DNA of 64,000 nt from Promethearchaeia archaeon (GTDB taxonomy: Archaea; Asgardarchaeota; Lokiarchaeia; Sigyniarchaeales; SOKP01): positions 32,001-96,000 of the forward strand of contig JAHQWK010000019.1 of the NCBI GenBank assembly GCA_029856145.1. Direction: 5' to 3'. Position 1 is the first letter of the stretch, and each line of letters opens with the position of its first letter. The position numbers were made by a program, and so were the translations under genes. This document shows positions 60,315 through 64,000 of this stretch, piece after piece. The notes under the pieces are model-generated. The model did no database searches and was not told the origin of the DNA. It was given only the letters and a program-made list of their open reading frames with translations.

Positions 60315-60425
60315 TAAATATTTTTATAAATAATAAATCAATTAGAGTCAACAGATTTAACAGTTTTTATATTAATATTAAACTTTTTATTAATAGTATA
60401 TTGAAATAATCAACGGAATTTCTTA

Positions 60426-62606
60426 TTATTTCTTACTACTACTCTTTTTTCTTAATGGTTTGTCTTCTTCTAATAATTCACTTGCAGTTTTAAAAAGAGT
60501 CTCTTTATTGGAAAGAATTTTATCTACATTAATTTTAGATTTGAATTGAACTGAAGACTTCCTATAGACATCAGGGTTCAATTCAGAAACAAATTGAGAG
60601 ACTCTTACTATTTGAGGCCCTCGATATGTATTTTTAATCGAAGGAGATATAAGATATAGCTGGTCTTTTGCTCTTGTTATTGCGACATAAAATACTCTAC
60701 GTTCTTCCTCGAAAGCATCCAGGTCACCTACGCTTCTGCTGGAAGGGAATGAATCTTCACATAACATAGGGATAAATACCACACGCCATTCAAGTCCTTT
60801 TGCTCTATGTACAGTAGACAAAATTAATGGTTTCTCTTCCTCTGTTTCGTTACCAGCATGAACCGTTCTGGATTCTAAATTAGATAGATTTAGACTCAAA
60901 TTTTCTAAGAATTTCCGAATAGTAGGAAAATTCTGCGCATAAACACTTAGTTGCTTTAAATCATCCATACGTTCTTGCCAATTATCAAATTTTGATTTTA
61001 AATGATCTTCAAGAACGGTTATTAAATTTTGGATAACTTCTGATGGATTATCCTCAGGTGTAAAATCAATTAATTTTTTTACATAAGAGATTAAGTTTTT
61101 TATTCCCTCCTTAGATATACGAGATCCTTTTAATTTTTCAGCATAAAACATCTTATTAATTAAAGCATCAATTGGATGTTCTATTATAGAAATCGCTTCA
61201 AAAATTTTTGAACCAGATGATGTTCCAATGCCTTGGATGATTGAAAAAATTCTAGACCATGAAACTTCGTCATAGGGATTCTCGATTATTCTTAAATGAG
61301 CTAAAATATCCTTAATATGTGCTCTTTCAAAAAAAGCAACACCTGCTCGAACTTCATATGGTATGTTTTTTGCTCTTAATTCAAGTTCTATTCTTAGTGA
61401 ATGAGAACCTGCTCTAATTAATATTGCTATTTCATCTAAATCAAATCCATCTGAACGTAATTTTAGAATTTGGTTCGTGATAAATCTTGCTTGATCCATA
61501 TCATCTCCTAAATTTACTTGGAATGGGATAGTTCCTTTAGGGCGTGTGGTGTGCATAGATTTTTTAAATTGTTTTTCATTATGCTCTATGGAGTTATTTG
61601 CTAGTTTTAAAATCTCAGGTACACTTCTATAATTATAAGTTATTGTATATCTCTTACAATTTTTATATCTCTTTTCAAAATTGATAATGTTTTGAAAATT
61701 AGCACCTCTAAATGCATAAATACTTTGAGCATCGTCACCCACAGCTATAACATTCTGTTCTGGATTCTGTTTAACTATTTTATATATAATCTCATCTTGG
61801 ATGTAATTGGTATCTTGGTATTCGTCAACAAGGACATATTTTATATTCTTCGCAATTAGTTGAGCAACTGCTCTTTCATCCAATAACTGATTCCAATAAA
61901 TCAATAAATCATCAAAATCTACTAAATTATCTTGAGCTTTCTTCTCTCGATAAATCTTGAAAACTTCTTCTAATTTTTTAATGACATCCTTACTATCAAA
62001 TTGAGAATATTTCCAAAGGATAACATCTCGAATTGATTTATTGCAATTAATGGAAAATGACAATATAGCTTTTGCCATCCTAGAATTTGGAAATCTTTCT
62101 TGGATTTCTTTAATATTTCCTTTCTCAATTGAAAGTTTCATCAAACTTCTTGCGTCAGTTTCATCCATTATGGTATAATTTGCTTTTAAACCTAGTATTT
62201 TTGCATATCTTCGAATAAAACGATTTGCTATAGAGTGAAATGTACCCCCCCAGATCCCTTTTGGTCGTTTTCCTAAAAGGATTTCTACACGTTTAATCAT
62301 TTCATTAGCTGCCTTATTCGTGAATGTTACAAGCATGATTTCATTTGGCTTTACTCCTGATAATAATAATTTCGCAACTGAATAAGTAATTGTCCTTGTT
62401 TTACCACTTCCTGCACCAGCGATAACTAAAATTGGTCCTTTAATATTATTAATGATTTTCAATTGTTCCTCGTTTAAATCTTCTTCAAACGATATTTCAT
62501 TATAATCCTCTATAACAACTGGTAATTCTTCTAAAGATTCAGCATAGGCCTCATCGTAAAACTCAAATATATACTCCTCTTCGGAATTGTCTTTCTTCTG
62601 ATTCAA
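60426..62606 (-). CDS. uvrD: UvrD/PcrA superfamily 1 helicase
   Basis: LNEEQ, AGAGSGKT, VTFTNKAA, VDEYQDTN, VGDDAQSIYAFRGA, NYRS, TVHRAKGLEW, EERRVFYVAITRAK. Confidence 0.93.
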   Translation of the reverse strand: MNQKKDNSEEEYIFEFYDEAYAESLEELPVVIEDYNEISFEEDLNEEQLKIINNIKGPILVIAGAGSGKTRTITYSVAKLLLSGVKPNEIMLVTFTNKAANEMIKRVEILLGKRPKGIWGGTFHSIANRFIRRYAKILGLKANYTIMDETDARSLMKLSIEKGNIKEIQERFPNSRMAKAILSFSINCNKSIRDVILWKYSQFDSKDVIKKLEEVFKIYREKKAQDNLVDFDDLLIYWNQLLDERAVAQLIAKNIKYVLVDEYQDTNYIQDEIIYKIVKQNPEQNVIAVGDDAQSIYAFRGANFQNIINFEKRYKNCKRYTITYNYRSVPEILKLANNSIEHNEKQFKKSMHTTRPKGTIPFQVNLGDDMDQARFITNQILKLRSDGFDLDEIAILIRAGSHSLRIELELRAKNIPYEVRAGVAFFERAHIKDILAHLRIIENPYDEVSWSRIFSIIQGIGTSSGSKIFEAISIIEHPIDALINKMFYAEKLKGSRISKEGIKNLISYVKKLIDFTPEDNPSEVIQNLITVLEDHLKSKFDNWQERMDDLKQLSVYAQNFPTIRKFLENLSLNLSNLESRTVHAGNETEEEKPLILSTVHRAKGLEWRVVFIPMLCEDSFPSSRSVGDLDAFEEERRVFYVAITRAKDQLYLISPSIKNTYRGPQIVRVSQFVSELNPDVYRKSSVQFKSKINVDKILSNKETLFKTASELLEEDKPLRKKSSSKK

Positions 62607-62967
62607 TTTTACATACTACTCTTATTTTAATCTTTCAGGAAAATTTCCTTTTTTCTACTAAATAAATTTTTTACTGTTGAAGGAAATAAATTTCTTTCGA
62701 TCTTTTATAATAATAAATTAAATAATTATATTTTAATTAAAAAGATTAAATTAAAAACCAGAAAAGTGGTATTTTTTAATTTTCTTTTAATTATTTTGCA
62801 CAAATATTAAATAATATTTATTTATTTCACGATAGTATAAGACCCATTTGCTTAAAACTTCAAAGACTTGAATGCTGGATGATTGAACATTTATTAAAAA
62901 TACAATTTTCAATTAAATTGATGTAGTAAAAAAAAAATAAAGTAAATTAAAAAAAAATTTGATTTTA

Positions 62968-64000
62968 TTATATAGATATACCTAATTCTTTTGACACCCT
63001 TTCGCCCCAAGTTGAGTCCGCTTTAAAAAAGTGTTTAGCCATTCGTTCTTGAATGAACTTAGGTACAGTTTTTAGACTATTAACTAGATTCTGAATTAGG
63101 CGATCTTGCTCATCTGGAGGCATTAATCTATAGAGATTACCTGGTTGAATGAAATCAGCATCAACTCTTGGTTGATTATATCTATCGGCATCTCCAGAAA
63201 TTTTTAGAGGTGGTTCTTTAAAAGCGGGGTTTTCTTTGGGTCCACCAAAACTGTTTGGTTCATAAACCACAGAGTTTCCAAAATTACCATCAAACCGCAT
63301 AAAACCATCACGATGATATGTGTTTACTTTTGCAGCTTTTGGTTGATTAACAGGCAGTGATTGATAATTAACTCCGAGCCGATATCGATGCGCATCAGCA
63401 TAAGAGAAGAGTCTACCTTGGAGCATTTTGTCGGGTGAATAAGAAACACCTGGAACGCGATTTGATGGATCAAAAGCCGCTTGTTCAACTTCTGCAAAAT
63501 AATTTGATGGATTCCGATTTAGTTCCATTATCCCCACTTTAATTAATGGATAGTCTCCATGAGGCCAAACTTTAGTTAAATCAAACGGATTCCACTCATA
63601 AGTTTCAGCTTCAAGCTCTGGCATTATTTGTACGAATAACTCCCATTTTGGAAAATCTCCCCTCTCAATTCTCTCGTATAGATCACGAGTTGCCCAATCT
63701 GGATCGGTACCAGCAAGTTTATCCGCTTCTTCTTGCATGAAGTTTTTAATGCCTTGCATAGTTTTAAAATGAAATTTTACCCAGAAACGTTCATTATTTG
63801 CATTAATAAAACTATAAGTGTGACTTCCATAACCATTCATGTGTGGATGACCTCTAGGTATACCTCGATCGGAAAAAAGTATGGTTACTTGATGCAACGA
63901 TTCAGGAACTAAAGACCAGAAATCCCACCACATGGTTTGTGATTTGAGGTTTGTTTGAGGCATGCGCTTTTGAGTGTGAATGAAATCACTGAATTTTAAT
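62968..64000 (-). CDS. Monofunctional heme catalase (5' part beyond window end)
   Basis: Frame open to the window edge ([12 protein letters not shown]...), [44 protein letters not shown] (proximal Tyr). Confidence 0.95.
   Translation of the reverse strand, partial: LKFSDFIHTQKRMPQTNLKSQTMWWDFWSLVPESLHQVTILFSDRGIPRGHPHMNGYGSHTYSFINANNERFWVKFHFKTMQGIKNFMQEEADKLAGTDPDWATRDLYERIERGDFPKWELFVQIMPELEAETYEWNPFDLTKVWPHGDYPLIKVGIMELNRNPSNYFAEVEQAAFDPSNRVPGVSYSPDKMLQGRLFSYADAHRYRLGVNYQSLPVNQPKAAKVNTYHRDGFMRFDGNFGNSVVYEPNSFGGPKENPAFKEPPLKISGDADRYNQPRVDADFIQPGNLYRLMPPDEQDRLIQNLVNSLKTVPKFIQERMAKHFFKADSTWGERVSKELGISI

Noticed and set aside
1-64000. CRISPR arrays, rRNA/tRNA genes, transposases, integrases
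   Set aside because: None recognised by eye; short in-frame BHB introns in other genes cannot be excluded without a computational scan

Overview
AT-rich archaeal chromosome segment. The gene content (Alba, short histone, nurA-herA-mre11-rad50, Sec11, roadblock-like protein, many acyl-CoA genes, GGTGA ribosome-binding sites) is most consistent with an Asgard archaeon of the Lokiarchaeia (inference, not database-checked). It carries an anaerobic acyl-CoA catabolic region (B12 mutase subunits, MeaB, 2-hydroxyacyl-CoA dehydratase, CoA transferase, CobO, thiolase), an MscS/CorA membrane cluster, chromatin and DNA-repair genes, and a catalase cut by the window edge. Main discovery: the gene for the cobalamin-binding mutase subunit (25686-26116) is interrupted by a 32-nt insert bounded by a canonical bulge-helix-bulge. 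Cutting by the archaeal EndA rule removes 25732-25763 and exactly restores the frame and the D-x-H-x-x-G B12-binding motif, so this is a candidate spliced mRNA intron outside cbf5. Second: several genes appear to start at ATT/ATA codons placed 6-7 nt after a GGTG(A) Shine-Dalgarno. Also seen: etfA, gapN and mutase-paralog remnants, a candidate small RNA, two candidate operators and a glycine-rich surface protein. No rRNA, tRNA, CRISPR array or transposase was recognised.
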